Shown: one piece after another, positions 12,951 to 53,795 of the stretch | Position numbering within the stretch: the stretch's first letter is position 1 | Layout: each line of letters starts with the position of its first letter | Source: Camelus ferus | Lineage: Eukaryota | DNA: 64,000 bases | Assembly: GCF_009834535.1 (NCBI RefSeq) | Contig: NC_045697.1 | Coordinates: 54,128,001-54,192,000 of the forward strand | Reading direction: 5' to 3' | Made by a program: the position numbers and the translations under genes | The notes under the pieces: generated by a model | Seen by the model: the letters and a program-made list of their open reading frames with translations, nothing else | Database searches by the model: none | Told to the model about the DNA's origin: nothing

Positions 12951-14884
12951 GGGATTATACTTCATCTCAACTCAAAACAAACTTTATGTCTTTCGACTGA
13001 CCATAGAGCAGACCATAATAAAAGATAGTTCATTGCTGGTGATTTAATTCCACTGTGTCTCATATTCAAGGCAAAACACTGGGGAGGAAGTTTCTGAGTC
13101 TGTGGATATTGCTGAGGTTCAAAAAGGTTCCTTTGTGTACTCAAAATTTCATTTACAGTGAATGAATATTGTGTTAGTTTTCTGTTGCTGCTTCTCTACA
13201 TTAACATGTGTGTGTCACTGTGTTTGTGTGTGTTTTAAGGAAGGCTGTTAACCTCAGGTAACCTGTGTCATTAAAGAAGTACTACTAAGCATCAGCATTC
13301 CCAGAAATGAATGCTTTTTGGCAAGAAGTAGAGAGGACTGTGCCCAGACAGAATATCTAATTTGTATCTATGCTGCAAGTTGAGTACAAGTGTGTTAAGA
13401 CATGTGTAAAGTATAAAAAGAATTCCCCTTAGGGCTGCTGTCCTGAGAACACCTGATTAGCACATAAATATTGATGCTGTACATGGAGGAGTATAACTTA
13501 AGCTGGTTATTCACATTTCTTTGGTATCAAGAATAGTCATGTATTTAAATTCTCATCTTGATGGCATCAGCTATATAAATGGATTCACGTCATCAAGTTC
13601 AAATTAATTGTACAGCGTTTCCTGGTAACATTTTATAACGTTAAGGACAAACATAGAAATATGCCTAAAGAGAAGTCATAGAAGAGTGATTATAAAGATT
13701 TCAATAATATTGGTCACACTTTATTAAAAATGTTTATACAGTCTTCACAAAATAACTTATTTTGTACTTAAACCCTTGGCCAACTCATCCTCCTTTCCTT
13801 TGTGTTGCTGAGTCAAATTAATATACAACTTTATTTAACATAAACTCTTGGGTCTCTTTCTAATTTTGAGTTGGTTGATTTGAAAACAAGGCCAAAGCCT
13901 TCAATTCTGAATGTAAAAAGCATACTTAGAAAATTCTCAGGGAGCTGCGCTTTCATCATTTATATTCATCTGTTAAATGATTCCTATTAATATTTCTCAA
14001 TTGTTGAAAGATGTTTGGGACATTTTTTCTCAATATGTCCCTAATTGTTTCCCCAAGGCAGTGAGGGGATTTGGCTCACTGGTGAAAAGAATTGGATATG
14101 TTTACCTGATTTTAATTCATGTAACAGCAGGGACCTAGGTTTGTTGATCAGTGAATACCAGTGCCTATAACAGTGCTGGGCACGCTCTAGGTTTTCAACC
14201 AGAACTTGTTGAATGAATTACATGTGACAGAAGGATTAGATCCATTTTGTGTGATCCTAAGGAAATATAACTCGCGTAATGGATATAAAGTTTAGGAATG
14301 CATTCTTTAAAACCACCATCAGGTTATTCAAAGGTGAAAGGAGTTTCCTTGGGAAGTTAGGAAGGAAGGATTTCAAGGATAGGCTGGCCAACATTATAGT
14401 AGTGATACGATAAAGGAGATTATAGCACTGGTGATTTAAGTGGGTTAATTATAACATGTTTAACTATGAATTTTGAGATTCTATTTGGCTTCCCGGATAA
14501 AACCAAGAAAGGAGTCTTCAAATTCCTACTCTCAGATGTATAAATACACTTGTGTCTACAACAGTCTCAGAGAAAGGAGATCCCTCTAAGACTATTTCTT
14601 TAGATCCCAGACTTTCCTAGTTCTTCTAAGTCCTGGTACAGCAGGGAATAAATGGCTCATGTTTATATCTGCTACATGTCTACTGGTTCCTTTCTTATAG
14701 GATTTTCCTATGTTGAACAGACTTTATAGAGGTGACACTTGAAAAGTGATAAGGCCCTCCTGGGTGTATAGCAGGTAAAGGCTGGTGAATCAAATGTGAG
14801 ATGAGAAGGTGCTGTATGGGAGATCAGGATGCCAAGGGCTCCATCAAGGTCACGCTAAAGAATTTGTGTGTCGCTTGGATCTAT

Positions 14885-15160
14885 GAATGATTCCAGCCTT
14901 CACTTTGTGCATATCTCTGCTTAGATGTCACCTTTGCAAAAAGGTCTCCCCTGATCTCTAATCTCAACCCACCTCCATTCATTCTCTATCCTCTTACCTG
15001 ACACTTTACATTTATGTATAGATTTATTTCTTGCTGTCTTCCCCTCAGGAGATGTGAAGGCAGAGAACATATTCTCAGTCCTGCTATATCCCTACTATAT
15101 AAAATAGTGTCTGAAATAAGTAGGTGCTCAATGAACATACATTGAATCAACGAATAAAAT
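14885..15160 (+). mobile_element. L2 3' end
   Basis: ctctgcttagatgtcacctttgcaaaaaggtctcccctg ... aatagtgtctgaaataagtaggtgctcaatgaacatacattgaatcaacgaat. Confidence 0.65.
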
Positions 15161-18100
15161 CAGGTGTCTTATTAACAGTATGTTTGATAATCATAGTAAT
15201 CAGAAAGTCTTCTTGAGGCAGAAAATGTGATCGTTCTAATGCAACTTTTGTAGTCAACCAGAAAATAAATGATCTTGAAATGTCTGCCATATTTTTTAAG
15301 GATATGGGGAAACCATAGAAATGTTACTCATATTTGCAAGAATTAAATTAAATTACTAAATATTGTTGTTTGTGGAGCTGCTTTCAGAGGCAGAGCTGAC
15401 CTTGCTGATGTCATAGCATGGGAGGAGGTTGCTTCTGGGTGCTTACATGATAGCGATCATTATTTTGAAGGTCAGCTATAAAGGGGTAAAGATCTTATGC
15501 CAGATCTAGAACTCAAAGGTCTTAAAAGATGTTTAAGGAATTTTTGGAAAACACATGAGATTTTTGTCACTGATATCCTGAAATGTTTTACATACTTCCA
15601 TATTATATTGTACTAGATAAATAAGAATTAACAAGACTAACATCCTGCCTCCCCCCACCCCCACCCCACCTATAGAGCTATTACACATTCTAGTAAAGGA
15701 ACAGGATGCTGTGCAATTTCTGCCCACACTCTGCAGCTTTGCCTTCTCCAGTGCCTGCCAAACCAGTCATATCTGGCTGATAGGGAAGCAAATTTTGATG
15801 ACTAACTCATGCTTGAAATTCCCCGATTTTTCCACCACTTCATCAGTTCCTTGTGCTTCTGCAGTCACTTATTTATCATGGCATTTACAGAATATGACCA
15901 TGTGTGTCTTTTCGACAAAACTAAGGACAATTTCTTGCCAGAGTCTTTTGATTTGTTTATCTTTGAAATTCTTATGAAGTCCAGAGCAGATTTTGCCTTG
16001 TCATGAATATACCAGTGTCACTACTTAGGTAGCTGGATCATTTAAGTGCTGCAACAATACAATCAGTTCTTCTTCTTCTTTTTTTTTTTTACTACCTATC
16101 ATTTTGCCAATGTTTCTGACCCATGTTTTCTAGTATTGCCAACAGTCTTCCCATAGGAAGAAATCTCCCAAAGTATTGCATTGTTATAAGCCTAAGTAAA
16201 TTAAACTGTTTAAACCATTAAAATGGCTTCCCAGATATTCTTAAACTCTTTTTACTTCTTCTCACCTTTTATCTGAAATAATGTGAATTATTTCTTTTGT
16301 CAATTTCATTAATTTTTCCTTGAAGTGGTAGTGGAAAATGCTACTAATCAGGGAGTTTTCTTTCACTTCCGAATAAATTCTATGGTCATATTTCTGTTTT
16401 AAAAGGTGCTTTCATGATAATGAGAAATTGTTCTGCTTGTAAGCAAGGAGTACAAGGGGCAGGATGTATTTAACCAGTATCCCATGCTGGAGAACTCCCT
16501 TTATTCTTCAAGGGCTGGCTCAGCTGTCATATTATCTGAGAACTCCTTCCTGTACCCATTTCTGTTCCTTTCTCAAACAACTTTTAGTGTTCAATCCTGT
16601 ATGTTTTCTTATCACAATACTTGGTAAGTTTATGATTTTCCTATGACACTAAATGATTTTATTATTTTATTCCTTTCTACTGTACCATAAACCCTTTGAA
16701 TATAAAGTCTATATTGTTGTGATTTTGTTTTTAAATTTTTTTATCCCCAGTGTTTGGAATATATTAGGCACATAATAAAGGTTCTTAAAAAGAACTGAAA
16801 TAACTGTAACAAAAGGACATGTAACAATCCTGCCAACCAGATCATGCCTCATGTGCCTTTGGATATATTCCAAGTTCAGTACTAGAGACCTTTACCTGAA
16901 AACACTTGACATATTTTACATGAATAAACCAAGTCTAATTATTAATATGTAGTTTGGGAGCCTTTACTATGAACTCATAGTCACGAAGTAAGACTTTGGG
17001 AGAGAAAAGTACTGGAAAAACTTATAACCTATTTGGAGTTCAGAGAAAGTAGACAATATTCGAGTTTAAAAGGCTTAGAACAAGCTTTTCCTCTAAATCC
17101 ACAAATAAAATACTATAGTTTACATATCTTAAATGTCTCTATTATTACAAACTAAATGTGAAATATAAATGTATGTATTTTCCCTGGAAAGTCGTGTATT
17201 ACAAGTAGCTCAGAGAAGATGTGAAGCAGTCAGTCGACACTAAACCAACAAATAATTACTCAGTAATAGCATAGATGTTTTCTGGTGATACAACCTTAGA
17301 AAATCATACACACACTGATTGTATTATTAAATCTAGAAATGGGAAAAGTGATGCCAGCACTTATATTTCAGTAAAGAGCTGGTTCATATCCCCATTTTTT
17401 AGCTGAATAAATTAAACCATGGGATTAAATTTTTTAAAGGGCAGAGTACTTTGCCAAACCACATGCTATAAAGTATCTCAAATTAGTGGCTTAGGTCATA
17501 TCAAGAAAAAAAAGACAGGTACAAAAGCAATCCTAAATATAAATGTTAAATGTAACCCTTTTGTCATCTGACAAATCTTTACCATCCAGAGAACACCTGG
17601 CAGTGATGTTAGTGATTAATGAAGTTTTACTCTAGCCTGGGGATATCTCTCTCATCGTGAGTGTCCTCTTGCGACTTGCACAATCCACCTGAACCTTGTA
17701 TGCTTACAAATATTTCAATTTAACTCTTTAAAAGGAAACAAATGGATTAACTTTGAAAAATTCTGAAATAATAACTTAGGCACTAATAGGCTATCTTACA
17801 CATCTTCATTATCATGACTTATTTGTAACTCATTGTTCTTTAATCTGGTCAAAATTACTATGACTTTTCCATGTAACTTCATATTTCATTGGATTTTGAA
17901 CAACTTTTATTCCATGGATTCTCACATTAAATCAAGAATCTAAAAGATTTACCTACGTTGAGACTTGAGGGGCTAGAATATGTCTTAATTATATAACAAT
18001 TGTCCCAATGTGCCTGACATAAAAGACACGCCGTTTAATGTAATATATAATGAAGGTGGCCTACTTCTGCACAGTGCTACTTGAATAACTCGTTAGAAAA

Positions 18101-20959
18101 TCAATTAATTTTGTCATAAAAGCCTCCATTTTGAGAAAAGTTCTATAAAGGAAACTATGGAAAAGCAGGTCTGTTTCAATTGCTTAAATAAACTTCTTAA
18201 AAGTTCAAGACTGAACTAGCTATAAGCTCTCTCTAATAAGCAACTGTCATACATCCAATCATCAGCTATCTCTGATACACTAATTATACAGCTTGTTACA
18301 ACTGGTGATTGGGAAGGGGCAAGCTTTCTCACCAGTTTATTTAGGCATGATTATAGTGATTATCACCCAAGAGCTGCCTCTAAAACAGGATATAACTCTT
18401 GGGCTTAATTGCTAATCTACACAGGTGGCATTTTGGGGGGTGGTTGGCAGTCACAGAGGTTATATTTGCTCTCTTGATCAAAACATTTGTGAGACTGTCT
18501 AGAAAGAAAGGTGTAAGACAGAGTTTTTTTTTTCTACATGTTATCTTTTAGCTCTCTGATAATGTAGCTTGTCTACTATATCTAGCTGAGTTAAGTCATA
18601 AGAATGAAATAGCAGCATAGGCTAAGACAGGAAAATATAAACAGGGGTTACCTCTGCAGTAATATAAAAGGAATTTCTTCTGCTAAAGAAACTGAAATGT
18701 TTCTTTTATTAACAATATTTAAAGCCAGGAAATGTTCATTGGTTTATAATTGCTTCTCCATAATAATTTTAATGGCCAAGTTGATAAGATTAATGGCCAA
18801 TAATTCCAACTCCAAGTTATTTTCTAATGCAGGCACTTCGCACACTTTCTATCCACCAGAAACAGACTTGCAACAATTCTACACGTGGAAGATCTCCTCG
18901 TAGTCACGTCTCAGCATAAATACTATCTTCCCAAAGAGGTCTCCCTTACTCCCTCTTTCAAGTAGTTTCCCTCTCCCCGCCCCGTCTATATACTCTTATT
19001 TTCAGTCACAGTCATCTTATTCATATTCTTCTTAGCTATTATCACAACTTTAAGGCTCTCTATGCTTACTAGTTTTATCTTTCTCTCCTTCTAGACTACA
19101 AACACTACAACAGCAAGGATCATATATTTTCATTTTATTCACTGTGTATTCAATAATTATTAGTGCCTAAAATATGGTTGGTGTTTATAAAATAATTGGT
19201 AAGTATTGATAATAATACTTTTATTTTAGAATTTTTTAGCTTTTGTATGCAAATTATTTTTCTAGATGTAGAATCTAAGAGTGTAATTCTTTCATTCATC
19301 ATTCATTCATTCATTCAAAGAGCAACAATATTTATGTCAGTAATCATGCTAGTTATGGTTAGATACAGAGCAGTAGAATAATCTTATTTTTCTCAAAGAA
19401 GCTTATGGCTTCTGACAATTTCTATTCATATAGTTATTCAGAAATTATGAAATAGCTCATACATAACTTAAAGTCTTCACAACCTCTTTGAAAGTTGGGG
19501 GGGGATATTATCACCCTAATTTAATCAGCAAGGGATTCTTAAAATCAGATACATCAAGATAAAAAGGTTAATATATGACCAAAGACTTGAACTTTGGATT
19601 TCTGATGCTGAATTTCATGCTTTTTCTAATAATGTTTACATGGGTACTTCATTTGTGTAACCACTCTAGTTTTATTTTTATTCAAATTACTGAAAGACTT
19701 TAGTTCCTTTATTTTGTTCATTTTAATGGACTTTTTTTAAAGAACAAGTTTACGCTTAATTCTCTCTTTTAAACAGATGCAATACTAGTTAGCATAAAAG
19801 GCTTTTATCAAAAGTTCCATTTATCATTAGACTCATATTCAGATTAAATGAATAAATAATTATAATGTACAAATCAGAAGAAACATATAGAAATATATAA
19901 AGGGATTTTAAGTGTGATCAAATTAAAATAATCTTTTTTCAAAGTCTGAATCAATTGTACATTAAAAAGATATTTCTAATCTATCATAGCCAAGTTCTCA
20001 AAGTTCATTGCACACTTAACACTGCTTTGAATGTGTTTTATCTATTATGCTCATCACAGACATTTCACAACAGCCTAACTAACAAATTACTTTAAATTTT
20101 CTGAGTACTTTGTTAGGTTTTTATGACCTTTTTTCCCATCTAAGGGAAACATCACTTCCTTTGCAGTTAGCTGGTACCTGCATATTGTTCCCTACAACTC
20201 TACTTCAAGATACAGAAATGAGTTTTTGGCAAAACTTATTTCAACTTTGACATGAGATAAAGTCAATATTACAGTTATATCAGACTGAGAGTAGCAGATT
20301 ACCAGACAAAACTCATTTTAAAATTAAATATGGCTATGATTTTTAAAAATCTCCTTTACCATGATACAGTGTTATCATGATGTAATATAACATCCTTCCC
20401 ATAAATGTGAGAGAATTTGATTTTTGTCATTTCTTGCTTATTGAAGGGCTCAGGATACTGAAACCAAACTGACGAAACTTAGGGGGAAAGGAAGTGAATT
20501 AAAAAGAAAAAACCTACAGCAACGAAAATATCCATACACTAAATAATCAAGACTACTTAATGCCTGGATTTTGGAAATGGAGACTTCAGTTGTGAATTAG
20601 GAGGAGGGCATTGTACATGGGAATATAAGTAACTTTTTTTTGTTTTTTTCTGGGTTGTGTGGTACCAACTTGAATAGCTACTTTTATTAGAGTCATGCAA
20701 ACAGGTGTTAGTGACACAATTAAAATAAAATGAGTCAACGGGAAGATATAAAAAATGGATACTTTCCACTTGGCTCAGACCAAGTGTGAAGACAGCACAC
20801 TGCTCATTATTAACAACTTTGACGTCTATGTTGGAAACATTTTCTCTTCATTTAATTTTCAGCATCTTAACTGGAGACACATTACATGAACATGGAAACA
20901 AAGGAGCCATTAATCTTTTCCTTGTCTCACAGCTAAGCCGGGAACAAAGCTCCAGGACT

Positions 20960-21350
20960 AGAGCTAAATCATCTCCTCCTCTCCACCCCACTGCCTCAGC
21001 CTTAGTTCAGGCCCTCACCCTGTCTCTCCTGGACCTTCAAAATTACTTCTAAACTGGTCTTCCTAGCTGCACTCTTGCTCTAATTCTCATTCACACCTCT
21101 GTGATTGTTCTAAATTCTAGCCTAATTAAAACTTTCATTGGTTGCCCACCCCCTGCAGAGTCAATTTCAAGCTCTTTCCTTTGAGTTATAAGACTCCTCA
21201 TAAGCTTGTCCAGCCCACCAGCCTTACCATATCCTCTTTCTAGCATAGCAATACTGTGAAAGACTTGCAATCATGGATATACTTTGGGAGACCATAAATT
21301 CTTTGAGGGCAAAAGCCGCATTTTACGTGTATATTTTCCCCAGTATTAAT
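20960..21350 (+). mobile_element. L2 fragment
   Basis: ctccaccccactgcctcagccttagttcaggccctcaccctgtctctcctggacc...ctaaactggtcttcct resembles L2 ORF2 3' region. Confidence 0.6.
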
Positions 21351-22537
21351 TATTAGGGATAAATGCTGTTTCACACTTTTAGATTTTTTGAGGTTTTTTG
21401 TTTGTTTGTTTGCACATGCTATTTTTCTGTTCTTTTCTCCTTTTTTATACCTGGAGAACTTCTCTCACTCAAAGTTTTAATTGTGTTGTTTTCTTGATAA
21501 AATTCCTGACACAGCCTTCCAAGAGGTTAATTGTTTTCTCTTCTTGTACAAAGTTCTATTTTGGCACATTTCACACTATATTAATTACTTGTTTCTGTGT
21601 CTGTATCCCCTTTTAAAGTGTGAGTGTCCTGGAGGCAAAGAGTGTATTTTAGAATCTTTATACCTCTTTGGCTCTAGGATAGTTTCTGAAGCATTATCAT
21701 AATATGGTAGATACTATGCTCAAGATTATCTCATTTAATGAGTAAAATTTAAATAAATATTTGCTAGATAAAATTAAAACGTAAAAACTTTTACAAAAAT
21801 ATCTCATTTGCAAATATTAAATATTGAATCCTATTTGGGGATTCAGAAAACGAAGTAAATAAATACCAGCTCTCAGATTGGAGGAAGATAATTTAAATGG
21901 TTTAAGATATTTTACGTGGGGAGGTAGTACATGAGTTGGGACAGGTAAGTGTCACATGGAAAAGCATCCAGTCATGGGGACTGGAGTCTTATCAAGTACA
22001 ATTCACAATTTGTGGTTTCACTGGGAGGTGCTAATAAAAATGTGAGGAATCAGTTCAGGACTTTAAGATTAATGTTGCTACTTTAAGAACAAGCCATTAA
22101 GAAATTTTTAAGGTCTTTAAAAAATTATACATATTAAAATCTTCTACATTTAATCAAGTAAAACTGATGAATTATATAACTTTATTGCTAAAAAGTCCCT
22201 TATTAAAATACGAAAATGTTATTTATAAATTACCTTTTTATTAAGTGAGTCTTTATACCTCACCACTCAAAATTCACATTGCCTATATGTCAGACAAAAT
22301 GTAGCAGGAAGATATCCTCACTTGAATGTCAACATCAGGAGAGTTTTAACTAAAACTTACACTGTGATTAAGGTGTTGGGGGAAGGTATACACATTAAAA
22401 CCTTGTGTTCTTTAAAAATCTAAGTATCTTATTATTAATTAACAGTAAAAACTATTCTCATAGAGGAAAAGAGCAAGTGAACACAGAGTAGAACCATACT
22501 GAAATTTGTCTTAATGTTTTTCTTTCCATTATCACAG

Positions 22538-49435
<26,898 letters not shown>

Positions 49436-50156
49436 TGTGAACTGTCCATGAATTATATCCATGGCACACAGAGCTAAAGCTCCTGCATATTGTATATTTA
49501 TATTCTTGGGGTTTGGATCAGTGCTTTTGCTGGATGTCAAGAAGTCCTTCAGACTTGAACTAATCTCATATCATTAGGTGGACTTTGTGTACATGTGACA
49601 GAACTCTTCCCTACCCTAAGGGAAGAAGACAGCGAATGACAAGTAGCACTGACTCCTCACTCACACGGTAAACTGTGATCTTATTCATCAGATGCATGTT
49701 TACAATTGGTTTCCCCCAAGTGAAGATGGGAAACATCATTTTCCACAGGATATAAAGAGCTGCCAGGGCTGCCAAAATCTTACCACATACAGTACCAGGA
49801 GCACTTGGGATTCTTCTAGTAAAAAATCAAACAGCAATCCTCTCTAAGGATTCAAGGCTTCAACCTTCCAGGACTGATGACTGAACACTCAATGGCTAGA
49901 ATGGAGAAGCATGGGATTTGCAATGTACCTTGAACTCTAACTTGGGTTTATAAATAATAATACAGAGCATTATCACTAACCACAAGAGTTGCCACTTAAA
50001 AGATGTTGAAATGTATCTGAACTTGGTATTAACATTGTGTTATACACACAAGCACTAGCTTCAGGATGTATGTTGTACTGTTAATAAGCATTTCTGATTT
50101 ATTCTTTAACAGCATCTTGCTATCCATACATCAGTTGGAGTTAGACCACAAGGGAG

Positions 50157-50211
50157 AATAAAGAAGAATCTTGGGAGCACTTTTCCATGGGTACAAGGAG
50201 AATAAAATAAA
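50157..50211 (+). terminator. Candidate polyadenylation signals of TMPRSS11F (3'UTR about 0.7-0.8 kb)
   Basis: AATAAA at 50157-50162 and overlapping AATAAAATAAA at 50201-50211, the first canonical hexamers I found after the stop; actual usage cannot be seen from sequence. Confidence 0.45.
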
Positions 50212-50536
50212 CCAATGGGACCCAGGCTAGCAGAGTTGGTTTCAAATGATTAATGATAAAAGAAGCACACTTTAGATTTTTGGTAGAATGAGACATCCAG
50301 TTATTTATTTAGAAATATCTACATATGGTAACTGGTACTTTTGCAAGTCTTCAGTTCTCTGACAAATCAGATGTCTATCAGAATGTCAGGGTGGGAGAGC
50401 TGATCTGTGCAAAGCACTTAGGACAGGGCCTGGCATATATTATACACTACATAAATGTTTGCTATAATGGAAAGAAATGCCTCTGTGAGTTTTAAGGTAA
50501 ATTAAGGTAAATTAACTTAAATTAGCCCTCAGGTCT

Positions 50537-50774
50537 GGTGGTGGAGAGCACAGTCTTTGGAACCAGGCTGCTCGAGCTTGACTGTTGGCTCTGCCACATA
50601 TCAACTGTGTGCCATTAACATCCCTGTGCCTTAGCTCTTTCATCTCTACAATGAGAATAAAAATGGTACCTACTTTGTATCATTATGAGGATTAAATACA
50701 CTACTTTAGTAAAGCTCTTAGAAGAGTGGCCACAGTAGGCTCTCAATATGGACTAGCTGCTATTAATTATTATT
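50537..50774 (+). mobile_element. Near full-length MIR SINE
   Basis: gtggagagcacagtctttggaaccaggctgc...ggctctgccacat...ctgtgccttagctctttcatctctacaatgagaataaaaatggtacctac...gaggattaaat...taaagctcttagaagagtg. Confidence 0.8.
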
Positions 50775-53725
50775 GTGTTTTGGACTGAATACAGCAATCT
50801 ATTTTTTAAAAACTGTACCTTCTTTAAAACCATGTAATTGATTTCAGAACACCTCAAATGACATTGTAATAAAATTAGGTGAATTACTAGATTTTCTGAA
50901 ATCACTTCTTATGTCTCATGAATATATTTTGAATAAAGTCTGCTTTATACACAAGTCGTCATAGGATGCCTGGTCATCTGTCACCAGGATTATGACTACA
51001 GAAATGCAGCAGTATTCACATCTAGGCCTCACATGTGAGACCTCAAGTGCTAGATGTGTTGCTCTGATTTATTAGAGAAAAAATCTAGCCTCTTAGTTTC
51101 TCTGATGACTGAAAGTTTTAATTTACATGTATGTGTGTTTATATGTAATATATGTAAACAATATAACTAAAAAACTCCTAGTTATTATTTAATATCACAA
51201 TATCATAAACAGAAAAGGGTCATCCAATGCACACCTTCCTCTGGAAAAGAAAATGTCCCCAAATTTCTGAGTTGATAATGACTACTAACAACTGAATATC
51301 AACAGAAAAAGCAGAATAAAAATGTAAAGCCCTGTACTTTTTTTTATACGTAGAGAAACAGCCAAAGCTTTCTGGAGATTTAGCATATTCCAGATGTGCC
51401 TGACAAAGGACATGCCTTTTTTACATAAAAGCCTACAGAGCCTTTGTAGAAATAAGAAAACAAACCTGTCTACAAGAAAATTATTTTCTACTATGTAAGT
51501 TATATAAAAATGGATATCTGCTTTTGTGTACCTATATTTATATTTCAGGAGACTGTGACACCTTTCTGCATATCAATGTCCGTGAAACTATATATACTCA
51601 TTTAAATAATTATATGCTTGATTTAATTCAACTCAATGACATTTTAACACAAGTAAGAGAAATAAGTGCAAAAGGCTATAGAAAACTCTAAGAAATGGAA
51701 AAGTGGATTTTTCAAATAGGATTTACTTGTCCTATTTCTACTTTGATGTCTGACCTACTGAGTGGTGTTGCAGGAATCACGCAGTAGCTTTCGCCTCATA
51801 TTTTCCATCTACCATATGAGATGTTAAGCTATCTATCTCATGGCATTGTGAGGCTTCCCTGTTCAATAATAAAGTTGAAAAGTCAAAGAATGTTTAAAAA
51901 CTGTTCGAAAAATGCAAGGTATATTATTGCAAACTGATATCCATACATATGATGCTGTAAATGCATTAAGATTGAAAAGAAGGTGCTTTTTTTTTTCTTT
52001 ACAGTGTTATTTATCAATAGTATTGCTTTGTGAAGTTTGCAAATATATTGTGGTTAAAAAAACTGGACTTTGTCTCTTCTGCTGTGAATGCTATAATAAT
52101 GCTCACATCTTTTCACAGGAAAAAAGAAAACCCTACAGTTTGACTCATTTTAAAAGACAGGTCAAATCTATTAGGGTAACAGTAAACAATACAGCACATA
52201 ATCCATGTGGAATCTGGATAGAATTTTGGGTGCCGTGAGGACAAAAGGGTTAGTTTTTAATACCAGCACAAAATTGAACCAAGGTTTTTGCAGTGCTTAA
52301 CCATCTCCCAGTGAAATCTTAATGATTCCATGACAAGAAGAACAAAAATATATTATTAGGAATCGCCCCTTTTCAACTGAATGAACTTGTTGCTTTGTTT
52401 GTATATTTATGTGACAGAGAGGGGATGTGTACAAGACATCCTTCATGTGATCATGGAAATAAAAAATAAACTTGTTACAAATGACTGAAATTAATGCTAG
52501 AATTATAGCTGTCAGAGCTGCGAAGGACCTACAAGATTGATTATCTAAATCAACCTTCTTTTTTGATTGATGTGAAATCAAAGCCAAGAGAATTTCCCCC
52601 AAGGAATATAGTAGTTTACAGCCAACAGAGGAACAGAATTCAGGAGCCCTTTCATCCAGCTCAGTCTTCTCTCCACTACTCTGATTTGAGTTATGCACGT
52701 TCACCACTAGCCAGGACTACTGCAGTTCTAGTGGTCACTGGAATTACATGATTATTACCAAACCAACGTTTCTCCTTGGAAAAAATGTAAGTTAAACTCC
52801 CATGGTGTTTAGCAAAGTATATTATTGGACCAAACCAATTTTATGGTTAAGACAAACAGTATCACTTAAAACTATATCCAACTATACCTAAGGAGATGAA
52901 GGATAATTTTAATGTAGGCAAAGATGCAGTCAGTTAAAACTGGCAGGTCAGAACACTCCACCGAAAGTTCATCCTCCAAATCTGTACCCTAACTCATTCT
53001 TTTCTCAGCCTCCACATTAAGCTTTATAATGTGAAGTAATTTGGAGCCTTAATACGTTATAAGTTAAAAATCTATACCATATTTTAGAATGAAGAACAGC
53101 AAAAGATTTCAAACCCTGCTATGCTAAAACAACAAAAGTTTATTTTGAAATTTGCTCATTTTAATGCGTCGCTAGAAAATCTGTTTTATAAACAAAACTA
53201 CAGAAGTGTACTATGCAGCAAACTAAAAACTTTTGATTAATATTATTTTGTAATTGGTTACAATGAACATTCTTTCACAGGTTTCAATATTCTCCTTGCC
53301 AGAAAGTTTTAACTATGACTAATAAGAAGTGAGAGAAATGTAATCATTTCACACAATTAAGAAAAGAAATGTATCTTTGCTCCAAACTGCCCTTAACTAG
53401 TTAAATGGAATATTATTCTATCTCATGATGTTGTGAGGATTTCTTGTTGAATAATAAAGTACAAAAGTCAATGTTTCAAACTGTTTGAAAAGTGCAAAGT
53501 ACGTTATTGTAAACTGATATCAGCCCAGCTGGTGCTGAACATGCACTAAGATTATCATTAGGGTTTTACAGTGTCAGCATTTTCATTTATGATTACGTTG
53601 CTTTATGTATTTTGCAAATAACATTGTTTTGTTGAAATTATATTTAGCATTTCCTTAAAGAGAAATAATATATAATACAGCTCATGTGGTTAATATTACT
53701 TTATCAAAAAATAATAAGGCAAATT

Positions 53726-53795
53726 TGAGGCAAATCAAGTTAATTGTTGTTCACTTGATATGAGGCAAATCAAGTTAATTGTTGTTCACTTGATA
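53726..53795. repeat. Perfect 35-bp tandem duplication
   Basis: tgaggcaaatcaagttaattgttgttcacttgata at 53726-53760 and 53761-53795. Confidence 0.97.

Noticed and set aside
51912..52751. 108-aa and 136-aa ORFs downstream of the gene as exons of a neighbouring TMPRSS11 paralogue
   Set aside because: No TM, SEA or trypsin motifs and no convincing splice signals; partly MIR-like sequence.
53726..53795. 35-bp direct repeats with an internal hairpin, superficially CRISPR-like
   Set aside because: Only two adjacent copies, no spacer, no cas genes, and mammalian context.
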